A stretch of DNA of 64,000 bases from Takakia lepidozioides (taxonomy: Eukaryota; Plantae; Bryophyta): positions 3,658,001-3,722,000 of the forward strand of contig CM060733.1 of NCBI GenBank assembly GCA_030704615.1. Direction: 5' to 3'. The notes under the pieces were generated by a model. It was not told where the DNA came from, did no database searches, and worked only from the letters and a program-made list of their open reading frames with translations. Both the position numbers and the translations under genes were made by a program. This document shows positions 48,652-60,279 of the stretch, piece by piece (within the stretch, counting starts at the first letter, position 1; the number at the start of each line of letters is the position of its first letter).

Positions 48652-50958
48652 ATGGGAGGGGTCAATCAGTTTGTGGGACATGATACTGGCAGCAGGGGTG
48701 ACTCCTCCACGGTTACTAGTAATTTAGAAAGAGTACCAAATGGGGAAGCCAACAAGGACTCTTTTGGCACTGGAGGGGGTGTGAGAACAGTACGTAAGGC
48801 AGCTCAACTAAAGGAAGCGCTGCGCATGTTGGACCAACAAGGTGTTCGGGCAGACTCTCGCACTTACGTCTGCATCTTGCAGGAGTGCATCAACATGAAG
48901 GACCTAGCAGAGGGAAAGCAGGTGCACTCCCATATCGTCCAAAGTGGATTCAAACCAAACATCTTTCTCCTAAACACTCTTGTCAACATGTATGCCAGTT
49001 GCGGGAGCTTGGAGGATGCACGCCAGGTTTTTGATAAAATGTCTGAACGAGATGTGTTTACATGGACTATAATGATTGCAGGATATGCCAAGAATGGGTG
49101 TGGCATGGAGGCTTTCACAATCTATGAACAAATGCAACAGGAAGGGGTGACACCCAACAGGGTTACATTCATATGTGTTCTCAATGTGTGTGCCAGCCTG
49201 GGAGCCCTGGAAAAGGGAATACAGGCCCATGCTGACATTATGGAACTTGGACTTCCGTCTTATATTAATTTGGAGAATACCCTCATCAACATGTATGCCA
49301 AATGCAGGAGGATGATGGATGCACATCAAGTGTTCAATAATATGGCTCAACGGAATGTGGTCTCGTGGAGTGCGATGATCACAGGTTATACTCAGCTTGG
49401 GTGCATTGGGGAAGCTTTTGACTTGTTTGAGCAAATGCAACGGGAAGGGGTTATGCCTAACAGGGTCACGTTTATTTGCATTCTCAATGCGTGTGCCACC
49501 CTAGGGGACCTGGAGAAGGGCAAAGGAGTCCATGCTGACATCATCAAAGCTGGACTAGGATCTTATATTAACTTGGAGAATACCCTTGTAGACATGTATT
49601 GCAAATGCGGGAGCATGCAGGATGCCCGTCAAGTGTTTGACGACATGGCTCAACGAGATGTGGTATCATGGAATGCCGTGATTGCAGGATACGCTCAGCG
49701 TGGGTGTGGTGGGGCGGCTTTGGAGTTCTATCAGCAAATGCAACGCAAATGGGTGATGCCTGACAGGATCACGTTCATTTGTGTTCTCAATGCATGCGCC
49801 AGCCTAGGAGCCCTCGAAATAGGAAAAGAGGTACATTCCGACATCATCAAAGCTGGAATTGTGTCATATATCACTTTGGATAATGCTCTTGTTGACATGT
49901 ATGCCAAATGTGGGAGCATGAAGGATGCAAGGCATGTGTTTGACAATATGGCTCAACGAAATGTGGTTTCATGGAACACGATGATCACAGGATACGCTCA
50001 CCATGGTTGTGGCAGGGAGGCTTTTGAAATCTATGAGCGAATTCAACGGGAACAGCTGACAGCTGACAGGGTTACATTCATATGCGTTCTCAATGCGTGT
50101 GCCAGCCTAGGAGCCCTGGAAAAGGGGAAAGAGATCCATGCTGACATCATTAAAGCTGGAATTGCTTCAGATATCATCCTGGAGACTGCCCTTGCTGGCA
50201 TGTATGCCAGATGCGGCAACATGAAGGATGCACGCCAAGTGTTTGACAACATGAGTAAGCGGAATGTGGTCTCATGGAGTGCCATGATTGCAGGATATGC
50301 TCAGCATGGGTGTGGTAGGGAAGCCCTGCAATTATTGAAGCAAATGCAAAAAGAAGGCTTGAAGCCAAACAGTATCACCTTTATATCTCTTCTCTCTGCA
50401 TGTAGCCATGTGGGCCTGTTGGATGAAGGGCGTCAGTACTTTGTTTCCATGAGTCGAGATCATGACCTCACACCAACCTTGGAGCATTTTGGCTGCATTG
50501 TGGACCTTCTTGGCCGGGCAGGGAAATTGGACGATGCAGAGGAATTCATTAATAGAATGCCGATTGAACCTGGTGCTCTGGTATGGGGGGCCTTGCTTAG
50601 TGCCTGCAGAATGCATGGTGACGTGGAGCGAGCAGAACGTGCAGCAAAGAGCCTTCTCAAGAGTGATCCACAGCATGCTGGAGCTTATTTGCTGCTATCA
50701 AACATCTATGGTGCTGCTGGGAGTGGGGAAGATAAAGCAATGTTGAGGAAAAGGATGGAGGACAGAGGAATCAGAAAGGAGCTGGGGAGCAGTTGTATCG
50801 AGGTTGGGAACCAGGTGCATACATTTGCTGTAGAAGACGAATTCCATCCACAAATTGAGGACATCCATGCTGAGTTAGATAGATTGTCTGAGCAAATGAA
50901 GAAGTCAGGGTGTGTACCTAGGACATGCTTTGTGTTGGATGACTTGGAAGAGGAGTAA
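48652..50958 (+). CDS. PLS-class PPR protein (17 PPRs, E1, E2, E+); DYW domain cut off by an in-frame stop (remainder intact to 51189)
   Basis: Architecture L-S-(P-L-S)x4-P2-L2-S2-E1-E2. TAA at 50956-50958 is followed in frame by [12 protein letters not shown]...CGDCH...CSCGDYW*. The 5' junction cag|G-ATG matches the paralog, so upstream exons are possible. Confidence 0.88.
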   Translation: MGGVNQFVGHDTGSRGDSSTVTSNLERVPNGEANKDSFGTGGGVRTVRKAAQLKEALRMLDQQGVRADSRTYVCILQECINMKDLAEGKQVHSHIVQSGFKPNIFLLNTLVNMYASCGSLEDARQVFDKMSERDVFTWTIMIAGYAKNGCGMEAFTIYEQMQQEGVTPNRVTFICVLNVCASLGALEKGIQAHADIMELGLPSYINLENTLINMYAKCRRMMDAHQVFNNMAQRNVVSWSAMITGYTQLGCIGEAFDLFEQMQREGVMPNRVTFICILNACATLGDLEKGKGVHADIIKAGLGSYINLENTLVDMYCKCGSMQDARQVFDDMAQRDVVSWNAVIAGYAQRGCGGAALEFYQQMQRKWVMPDRITFICVLNACASLGALEIGKEVHSDIIKAGIVSYITLDNALVDMYAKCGSMKDARHVFDNMAQRNVVSWNTMITGYAHHGCGREAFEIYERIQREQLTADRVTFICVLNACASLGALEKGKEIHADIIKAGIASDIILETALAGMYARCGNMKDARQVFDNMSKRNVVSWSAMIAGYAQHGCGREALQLLKQMQKEGLKPNSITFISLLSACSHVGLLDEGRQYFVSMSRDHDLTPTLEHFGCIVDLLGRAGKLDDAEEFINRMPIEPGALVWGALLSACRMHGDVERAERAAKSLLKSDPQHAGAYLLLSNIYGAAGSGEDKAMLRKRMEDRGIRKELGSSCIEVGNQVHTFAVEDEFHPQIEDIHAELDRLSEQMKKSGCVPRTCFVLDDLEEE

Positions 50959-52547
50959 AATGAAGCTTCTCTATGCCACCACAGCGAGAAGCTGGCGATT
51001 GCTTTTGGGCTGATCAGCACCACCCCTGGAACACCTATCCGTGTCATCAAGAACGTGCAGGTGTGTGGTGACTGCCACACCACAACAAAGTTCCTCTCAA
51101 AGATTGTTGGGCGAGCAATTGTTGTGCGGGATGCCAATTGCTTTCACCGCTTTCAAGAGGGGGTTTGTTCGTGTGGGGATTATTGGTGAAGTAAGCAACT
51201 ACATAAAAGAGAGGGCAGCATGAAATGTGCAGTTGAAAGGCTGGTGTGTCATGGAATGCAGTAGTCAAATTGCACTTTCTCTGATGCTCAAATCGGAGTA
51301 TGGTTGTTGCCTACCAAGCTTTCAATTCGTCTCCTCCAATCTGACCCTCATGTTGTTGTATTCACCTTCTTTTCATCTGAGTGAGAGAGCGTTGGAGTAA
51401 GTTTGATGTGTGTGAAGCTATCATCTTCATTGTAAAATACAAAGATTGTTCAATACGGCCAACACTACAATATTACACAGAGAGCTCGCACCATCAAGAA
51501 CCGTGGTTGAACTGATCCTTACATGTAAATAATGTAGTGCGATGAGAGGACTGGCCACTTCACTCTTAAATTAATCCAGTTCCAACAGATAACAGTCCTC
51601 TCTCATGGAAGCATTTGATCCCTTAGCAGCCCTCACATGACTAGAATTATGGCCTATGCAACCTTCAAGCTTACTCCATGGCCACAGTGACCTGGAGCCA
51701 ACGTGACCGACCGTGTCCTTGCACCCATGTCAGCCCTTTCACAGACGATCCAAGTTAGTTGAGCGAGGGCCTTCCAAATCCAATGAGCTGATACGTCAAG
51801 TTTCAAGGAGCCAATTTCCATCCTCTATCTTCTCCCTTGATCACACCCAAGGCCATGCAGGTCAATCTTGTCAGCTTAAGGGAAGCCACAAGTGTGCCCG
51901 GTTCTGACGTTCTGACACTAGGCGCTAGGATTCACTTTGGTGTCGAGGTCGTTTTCGTTCGGTCCACAGTTGCTTCAACGACCGCTGAAAGTGAGAGGAG
52001 CCTCATGTCACGAAGACTAACGGGCCTGGCTGTGAATTGGGTTTCCAACTTGGCAATTCCAGCCCCAGGACATCGCGAATGATGGCTGTGACGGCTCCCC
52101 GGCCTCCAGGGATAAAGAAGAGAGGTATGGACTTGCAAATCTTTCATACCAGCATTCAGGTCTCTAAACTGCGTGCGGACAGAGCAGACCAGATATTGTA
52201 TAGAACCCATCTCAGCAAAATCTACACCCGTCTTGTGCTATGGTCAAGGAGAAGTATAATCGAAAAGCCTGTCCTCCTTCCAATAGCACCTCAGTTGCTT
52301 CCGGGCATGACTCCTGGTGGAAATTCAGCAAGAGTCGCAAGAGGATTACACCTTATTTTGTTGAGCCAGTTGCCACAGATGCGAGCCACATTGCTACGGG
52401 CGGTGCAGAGCGACAATCGCCAATCATCCCTATTGATATACGGGTCCACATAGATAGGTAGAGAGTACTGATTCTAGCACTCCAGCTCTAACAAACAAAC
52501 ATGTGGCTGCGATTGAGTTTACAGTCACACAATGCTTGAGAAAGGGC

Positions 52548-55500
52548 ATGGCCGGGGCGCAGCCAGAGAGAGAGAGAGTGTTTTATTCTTTGGAAAACCA
52601 ACACAAGCATTCCCAGATAAGATCAGGGTGGATAGGAGCTCCAAAAGATCTAATTTTAGAGGCCAGGCAACCAGACACAGATGTGGTTCTCATGTTCTTG
52701 TACTCCTTGCATGCAGGTCAAGCAGTGAGCAGAGAACAGCTCTGGCAGGATTTCTTCTCAGATCCTTCACAGTGGTGGGACAACACGTTCGACAAGGTGA
52801 GGCTATATTCCTTCATGATGTAAAAGAGTTTTGACTAATGGACTGGAGTGTAGCTCCGGTTACTTCCAGCAATGACAAGTTTGCTAATAGTCACTAAAAC
52901 CGGTATAGGTGTTCCTTTCCATCGCTATGAGTTGGTTTGTCAAGGTTGTTGTCTGCTATATGATGCTCGGACTCTTAGTTTTTTAGCCTGGTTGTGTGTT
53001 GAGCTATCCTCAGCTGCCCACTGGTGGTTTTTGCAGGAAAGTCCAGGATTTCCAGACTTGAGACATAAGCACACAAACGAGGTCCTTTGGCTTGATGGTT
53101 GGTCAAACCCTCCTTGGGTGAAAGCAAAGCTATTTGCCATCCTTCAAGGTCAAGCACAGTCTTGGAGCGGTTCTAATGTTGATGTACACCATGATGCTTC
53201 AGGCCAAGCATACGACAGGTATTATTTTGATGATATTTTGAGGATTTCAACTGAAACACAGGCTGGTGCAGTTTATACTGAATGTAAAACGATTTGAGTA
53301 ATATTTTGTAAACCTGTTATTATGGAACAATGAGTCCTTCTCATGAATATATACTTTCTGAAGTATATAGCAGCTTTGACATGTACCTATTATGTAGTAT
53401 AGTATAAAAGTCTTGTAAGAGTTTTGAATTATGCAGGATGGCAGGGTTGAATCATGCACAGTTGTTTGAACCAGGCACCTTCACTATCACCACCTCTTTT
53501 GAAAGAGAAGCAAAACAAGGGATCGACAAGAAGTCTTCTTGTGCTAGTGGGGATGTGAGGACACTATGTAAGACAGGACAACTGACAGAGGCGCTGCACA
53601 TATTGAACCAACAAGGGATTTCGACAGATTCTGAGACCTATGTCTGTCTCTTGCAGGAGTGCATCAAAGTTAAAGGCCTAGCAGAGGGAAAGCAGGTGCA
53701 CAACCACATCATCAAAAGTGGATTCAAGCCAAACGTTTTTCTCCTTAACACCGTTTTAATCATGTACTCCAAGTGCGGGAGTGTGGTAGATGCACATCAG
53801 CTGTTTGGCAAGATGCTTGAACGCACTGTCTCTACGTGGACGATACTGATATCAGCATATGCGAAGCATGGGCGTGGTAGGGAGGCTTTCCAAATGTATG
53901 AGCAAATGATAAGGGAAGGGTTGACACCCGACAAGGTCACATTCACCTGTGTTCTCAATGCATGTGCAAGCCTAGGCGCCCTGGAAAAGGGCAAAAAGGT
54001 CCATGCTGACATCATCAAAGCTGGAATTGCGCCAGATATCATTCTTGAGACTGCCCTTGCTGACATGTATGCCAAATGCGGTAGCATGAATGATGCTCGT
54101 CGAGTGTTCGACAATATGGCTGAACGAAATGTGTTTGTATGGAGCTCTATGATCACCGGATATGCTCAGCATGGGTGTGGTAGGGAGGCTTTCAAGACAT
54201 ATGAGCAAATGACACAGGAAGGAGTGATGCCGAACAAGGTGACCTACATTTGCATTCTCAACGCGTGTGCCGGCCTAGCTGCCCTGGAGAAAGGCAAACA
54301 AGTCCATACTGACATCATGAAAGCTGGAATTGCACCTGATACCATTTTGGAAACTGCCCTTGCTGATATGTATGCCAAATGTGGGAGCATGAAGGATGCG
54401 CGTCAAATTTTCGACGATATGGCCAAACGGAATGTGGTCTCATGGAGTGCCATGATCGCAGGATATGTACAGCATGGGTCTGGTAGGGAGGCTTTGGAGA
54501 TGTATGAGCAGATGACACTGGAAGGGGTGATGCCCGACAAGGTTACATTCATTTGTGCTCTCAATGCATGTGCCAGCCTAGCTGCTCTGGAAAAGGGCAA
54601 AGAGGTCCATGCTGACATCATCACAGCTGGTGTTGCATCATATATTAATTTAGAGAATACCCTTGTTTACATGTACGCCAAATGTGGGAGCATGAAGGAT
54701 GCACATCAGGTGTTTGCCAATATGTCTAAACGAGATGTGGTCTCATGGAGTCCGATGATAGCAGGATATGGACAGCAAGGGTGTGGTAGGGAGGCCGTCC
54801 AAGTATTTGAACAAATGCAGCAGGAAGGCTTTAAGCCAGATGGAATCACCTTTGTATGTCTTCTCTCTGCATGTAGCCATGTGGGCCTGGTGGACGAAGG
54901 CCATCACTACTTTCATTCCATGAGTCGAGATCATGGCCTCACTCCTACAGCAGAGCATTTTGGCTGCATGGTGGACCTACTTGGCCGTGGAGGGCGATTG
55001 GATGATGCAGAGGATTTCATTGACAAAATGCCTATTGAACCAGGTGCTGCTGTGTGGGGAGCATTGCTTGGTGCCTGCAGAATTCACGGTGATGTGGAGC
55101 GAGCAGAACGTACGGCGAAGTGCCTTCTCAAGTGGCATCCACTGGACGCCACAACTTATGTGTTGCTATCCAATATCTATGCAGCAGCTGGCAGGTGGGC
55201 TGATCAAGCAATGGTGCGGAAAATGATGGAAGACAGAGGTGTCAGAAAAGAGGCAGGCCGCAGCTGCATTGAGATGGAAAATCGGGTGCATACCTTTGTT
55301 GTAGATGACAACTTGCATCCACAAATTAAGGAAATCCATGCTGAGCTTGAGAGACTCTCTGGGCAGATGAAGGAGGCTGGGTATGTGCCTGACACACGCT
55401 TTGTATTGCAAGATGTCGAGGAGGAGCAAAAGGAATTCTCTCTTTGCTACCATAGTGAGAAGCTGGCAATTGCTTTTGGGCTGATCAGCACACCCCCTGG

Positions 55501-55660
55501 GACACCCATCCGTGTCATCAAGAACCTTCGGGTATGTGGTGACTGCCACACAGCGACCAAGTTCATCTCCAAGATTGTTGGTCGAGCAGTTATTGTGCGG
55601 GATGCCAACCGCTTTCACCACTTCCATGATGGAATTTGTTCTTGTGGGGATTACTGGTGA
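52548..55660 (+). CDS. PDF(OSB-type)-PLS-PPR-E-DYW editing-factor-like protein
   Basis: Exons (52548 or 52717)-52796, 53037-53218 and 53437-55660 join in frame. They give LWQDFFSDPSQWWDNTFDK|ESPGFPDLRHKHTNEVLWLDGWSNPPWVKAKL, then 14 PPRs, E1, E2, HSEKLA...CGDCH...DYW. The start codon is uncertain. Confidence 0.85.
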
Positions 55661-57309
55661 AGACAAATGACACGCATGAAAAAATGTGCTCTGCTTGAAA
55701 CTTGAGGGTGGAGGAATAGTTCACTTTTCTTCCAATGCAACAATCAGTATCGCACGTTCTGTGAACTGCTTATGGTGACAAGAGTGATTCACGTCACTTT
55801 ATCTAACATCTGTAATGAAGTCACATAATACTTCTGTGCAGATGGCAGTGTACAGGAGGTATGAAGAAAACCCTCCAAAAAGGTTGCTATGGGGGTTCAA
55901 AGTTTTGCTTCCTTCTATTGGTCAAATCCTCCAAGAGATTTCAAAGTTCACTAGCGGATTTTATAGTTACAAACAAGAGAGTTGAGCTTCCAGCCTTGCA
56001 GTCACAATTAATCCAAAGAAAGAAATAAGATAAGATAAAGCTGACGTCCAAAGAACTGCTATTTGTTGTGGGTACTTCATTAAACACTCAGATTAAGATG
56101 CACTCAACAGAGACTGTTCAGATTTCATTGTCAGCCATGTTGCTCAGCCTGTTCTGGTCTAGTGAGGCCTACGTGCAATTATGAGGACCAGAAGTTGGAC
56201 ACACCGATCCGTTCCGAAGACCCAAGAGGTAGGAAAGGCTCGACTCTGTCAGTGATACTGTGCAGTTCGAACAGGCTCCTCCCTGTCAGTCTGAGACAGC
56301 CAACACAGTGCCGTGCCCACAACAATATAAAACCTTTCAGTCAATCCAGGGGTTTGTGCCTCGGTATATCCAGTGTCATTACTACTCGGTTGGACTGCAC
56401 TTACACGCCCGAACAATCTGCAGTTCAAATTCCTCAGCTAAGATCACACAACATAGATATAGACATTGCCTTCCTTCAAAGGCAATCCTTGTCTTCACGG
56501 AGGCGTCTTCGTTACTGGAAGGTACAAAGGAAGATAGGAAACCATCTAAGCAAAGGATCGAATGTCTTGTTGCTCTCAAAATTTACAGGCTAACATGTTG
56601 GTGTACGGGTTTTTTCGCTGGAGTAAGAGGTATGTTTCTCAGACGGTGGGCAGGGCGAATGTGAGCGAGCGAGGCAGAGGCAGCTTACCTCCCCCCTCGG
56701 CACGCGTCCAGTCTGCGCTCGATCGGTCCCTGCACACCGCAGATTCTGATCTGGCACTCGGGGATCCTTGTAAGTTAGAGTCTTTTTGGGTGTTGGATAC
56801 GGGAAAGTTGTTTTTTCTGAAGTTTGCCTACCTGGGCTGGCTTCAGGGGATCTGTATATAAATGAGTCGATTAGAGTCCTTGGTCTCACATTCTAGAGTC
56901 CTCGTTCTCTTTGGGGTGCTTGTAAGGGAGTATCTGGAGGTTTACAAGTCGGTTGCTCATTCTTCGGGATACTCACAGTTGCTTGATGTTCAATTGCTGT
57001 CGTCATTTCGCAGGTGTTTGATTGTCCAGATTATCACAAGCTAGAACTGCCTGTTGTTGAACCTCACAGACCAGAGTTCCTTCATTTTTCGAGAGTTTCA
57101 GCAGTCTTAAGGGTGCTTTCCATCAGTTTGTGACCCGCTAGATTTGCGTGTTGGATATTTTCACAGCCTAGAGTGAATCTCCACAGCAATCTAACGAGCC
57201 AAGCGGCTTATTCTCGTAGGAAGAAGTGTTGTTGCTCAGACTCTGACAAATTCTGCAGTTGTCTAATCCTTGTGTTTGTGACAGTGGGCAGTATCGTGAT
57301 AATTATTTT

Positions 57310-57831
57310 ATGATGGAGAGGGTAGAGGCTTCATCTGTCCCTCAGCGGGATCGAAGAATTCTGCAAGGGCCAGTCTCACTGTGCGTCCTCGCCGCAGCCT
57401 TTGTGTTGATCACTTTGTCCAGCGCGAAGCAGGTCCTGGCAGACTCGGACGCGTACGAGCGGCTGGAAGGTTACGGTTTTCCTCAAGGCCTGTTGCCACA
57501 CACCGTAACAGGTTACATCTTTGATGCAAATGGCCAGTTCACCCTCTACCTCGAAGCCGAATGCAAGGTCACTATTCAAAACAAGTACCCGTTGCAATAT
57601 GCCAAGGTGATTACTGGCAATTTGTCGTATGGAAAGTTATCTAAGCTGTCCGGTATTACAGTGAATGCGTACTTCGTCTGGTGGAGTATCACTGCCATTT
57701 CTGTTAATAACAATACCTTGGAGTTTGATGTCGGGATCCTCAGTGCGACGTATCCTGTATCGAATTTTGACGAGGCTCCTGTGTGTGAGGCGTCAAAGCT
57801 CCTCAACTCATCATCACTTTTGGACCAGTAG
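57310..57831 (+). CDS. DUF538 family protein with a hydrophobic signal-like segment
   Basis: AYERLEGYGFPQGLLP..V..Y...GQFTLYL...Y...ITGNLSYGKL..LSGI...W..I..I...LEFDVG..SA.YPVSNFDEAPVC is the DUF538 pattern. Confidence 0.88.
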   Translation: MMERVEASSVPQRDRRILQGPVSLCVLAAAFVLITLSSAKQVLADSDAYERLEGYGFPQGLLPHTVTGYIFDANGQFTLYLEAECKVTIQNKYPLQYAKVITGNLSYGKLSKLSGITVNAYFVWWSITAISVNNNTLEFDVGILSATYPVSNFDEAPVCEASKLLNSSSLLDQ

Positions 57832-58352
57832 AAGCTCTCAGGAGTTCTAATTTCGCTTCGCACATTGAAGGTGAAATTATGATCATCTGCTACGCACTTG
57901 AGGTGTGGGCAGATGAGGTGGATTCTGGTTCTGGTTCATATTGTTGATCTATCATTCAGTGATGTAGATAAATTGTTTCTGTAGATGGTCTCACGTATAG
58001 ATTTAAAGCTGTGGATAATTTTTGTAATCGGTGTGTAAGGTTATGGACTTTTGGGAGGATTCCACTACTCGATGGCTGGATGGGGGATTAAACACCTGAG
58101 GTGTGCAATTGATTTCCTTGGTTACAGTCGTTGTGAAAAGCGTGCAAGTTTGATGTGTTCTGTGGAGTTTTAGCTCTTGCAATTTAGGTTTTAGGATCTG
58201 AAAACTTTCTATCAGGAAATGTAGCGCAGGGTTTACGTGAGTCAAAGATTGGTTCCAGGGACTTTGTTGCAGCGTCCCATGTTTGGAGGGAGGAAAAGGT
58301 GCGTAGTTGGTGACTGGTGTGAGACCAAGGTGCAGCAAAAGTTTGATAAGAC

Positions 58353-59258
58353 CAGTGTTGGCGGGTATTACTTTTTCTAATACCAGCCGGGTCCGGGTAT
58401 TGAAAAGAAATTAATTTGCAATACCAGCCGGTTCCATAGTATTGAAAGATTCCCTTAATTTTAATGCCCGCCGGTTCTCAATAGTAGTATGATTTTCGAT
58501 TTGCGGACGGGTATCAATAGGATGGGTATTCCAATCTAATACCAGCCGGTTATCAACCCGGGTGTAAATAATAAAACTAAAAAATAAAAACAACCACTAA
58601 ATCATTAATATGTATTGAATTTAGAAGATTTTAGTTGATTTCACAAAGAAATTAATTATTATGTTGCAAAATTCAGTCTTTGCATTACATAATAACACCG
58701 TTGCAGTATCCAAATTGAAGCAAGCTTAGTTAAAAGAAGACTGATTGCAACCCTCGTCGTCAAATAAACCGGCATCTGCAATGAGGTCCTCATATTCATC
58801 AATCAAATTGTCTTCTGACAAAAAAAAATCCTTGATCCCGCGCAAAACCACCTTGCAATCCATCCGCACATCATCCGGCCAAATCTTCAAAATAAAGAAT
58901 AGGGGCGGGGTTGCCCTACATGTGGTAAGAAATGAAGCATAGTGGCGGTCCTTTGGGGCTGGACATGCCTTCCATGACATGTGCACCCTCTTACCTGACC
59001 CCTATGACATATTGTGCACCTAGCCAATTTCCTATTCATACCACGGTATAGTCCTTGTTTTTGCCCATAATATAGGTATGCACCCGGGTATTGCCTTGGC
59101 AATACCAGCCCGTCCGGTTATCAACCATAGTATTGGAATTGCCAATACCAGCCGGGTCGGTTATTAACCATAGTATTACAAAAGCCAATACCAGCCGGGT
59201 CGGTTATTCAATACCCTGGTTGATACACAGCCAGACCCTATATACCAGTCCAACATTG
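58353..59258. mobile_element. Non-autonomous hAT-like DNA transposon
   Basis: Imperfect TIRs CAGTGTTGG...CCAACATTG. The 8-bp flanks GATAAGAC and GTTTAGAC match at 6/8. Multiple subterminal AATACCAGCCGG repeats. Minus-strand IWPDDVRMDC...LIDEYEDLI may be a transposase C-terminal relic. Confidence 0.7.
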
Positions 59259-60279
59259 GTTTAGACTCAGCATTCCCTCAGGCCCACTGCACACAGATGG
59301 CAACCCATATCTCTCTCTCAAGTAATATTTGGAATTTGCACGTCAAGCAGGTTGATTCAGATTGCTTTGGTAATTTGTTCCTTGTGGTGTATGCAGCATG
59401 TGAATTTCAAATAAAGTTGCCATGTTGGATCCAAGAAATGAATGAAGGCAAGCTCTACCTTACTTATGGCACACAACCCTTTTCTATACTCTCTACGTCG
59501 TATAGAATTACTCTACTACAATACTCCCATTCAGCACGGTGCTGATACTTGCTACTCATAGTTGTGAAGCCCAATGAGGTGTCTCATTCGCTCGAACTTA
59601 TCACGTGGGAGGAGCTTTGTGAAAATATCTGCAATCTGACCGGCGGTACAAACATAGGTGATGCTCAGCTGTCTAGTCTATGGCCGGAAACAGGCGCCAT
59701 GGGCTAAGATTATTACACCTCGCCACGCGGCATGCAGTAAGCACCTATGGTTAGTGTATAAAGCGGCGGCCTAACTTGTGTCAGACAGCTTGGTGTACTC
59801 TGGTGAGCATATGTGTAAAGAACCCTATTTTAATTAATTTTGGATTTTTGGCTTAAATCCGGACTAAACTTAATATATATTTATATTAAATTTAATTGAA
59901 ATATTAATAATATCATGGTGTAATGTGTGATTGAACTTTGTGAAATTTCAGGTGATGTCATACTTGTTTCAAAATGTGTCATAGAAGAGGTCCATTTGAC
60001 ATTGAAGTGCTCAATGTGAAGTAGCAGTATTGAACAATTCATTGAACGTCCACTGGGAAGTCGAATAAAGTAATATTCCATTGCAGGTCATCATGATAAA
60101 CAAATGGGTCGCATCGAACATGGGCCAAACTCGTACTCTACCATACTCGATACAACTTGCTAGTAATTTTATTGATTGAATCTTCATATGAAGCACAATG
60201 TTCACATACCACGCCATTGGAATGAATCATGTTTTGGATGTGACAAGGGCAGTAAAATATTAGAACAGCATGAAACATT

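Noticed and set aside
50956-50958. U-to-C editing restoring the TAA to CAA
   Set aside because: Reverse editing is known for organellar transcripts, not nuclear mRNAs. Ordinary C>T mutation is simpler.
51600-52450. Possible degenerate coding sequence between the two PPR genes
   Set aside because: Several short ORFs on both strands, but no family could be recognised.
21607-55660. Functional link between the gp2.5-like SSB and the PDF-PPR-DYW genes as one ssDNA-editing operon
   Set aside because: Proximity alone is weak evidence in a eukaryote, and the SSB ORF appears to be an independent mobile insertion.
48864-55666. Many minus-strand ORFs over the PPR genes
   Set aside because: They are antisense shadows of the repetitive PPR coding sequence with no independent motifs.
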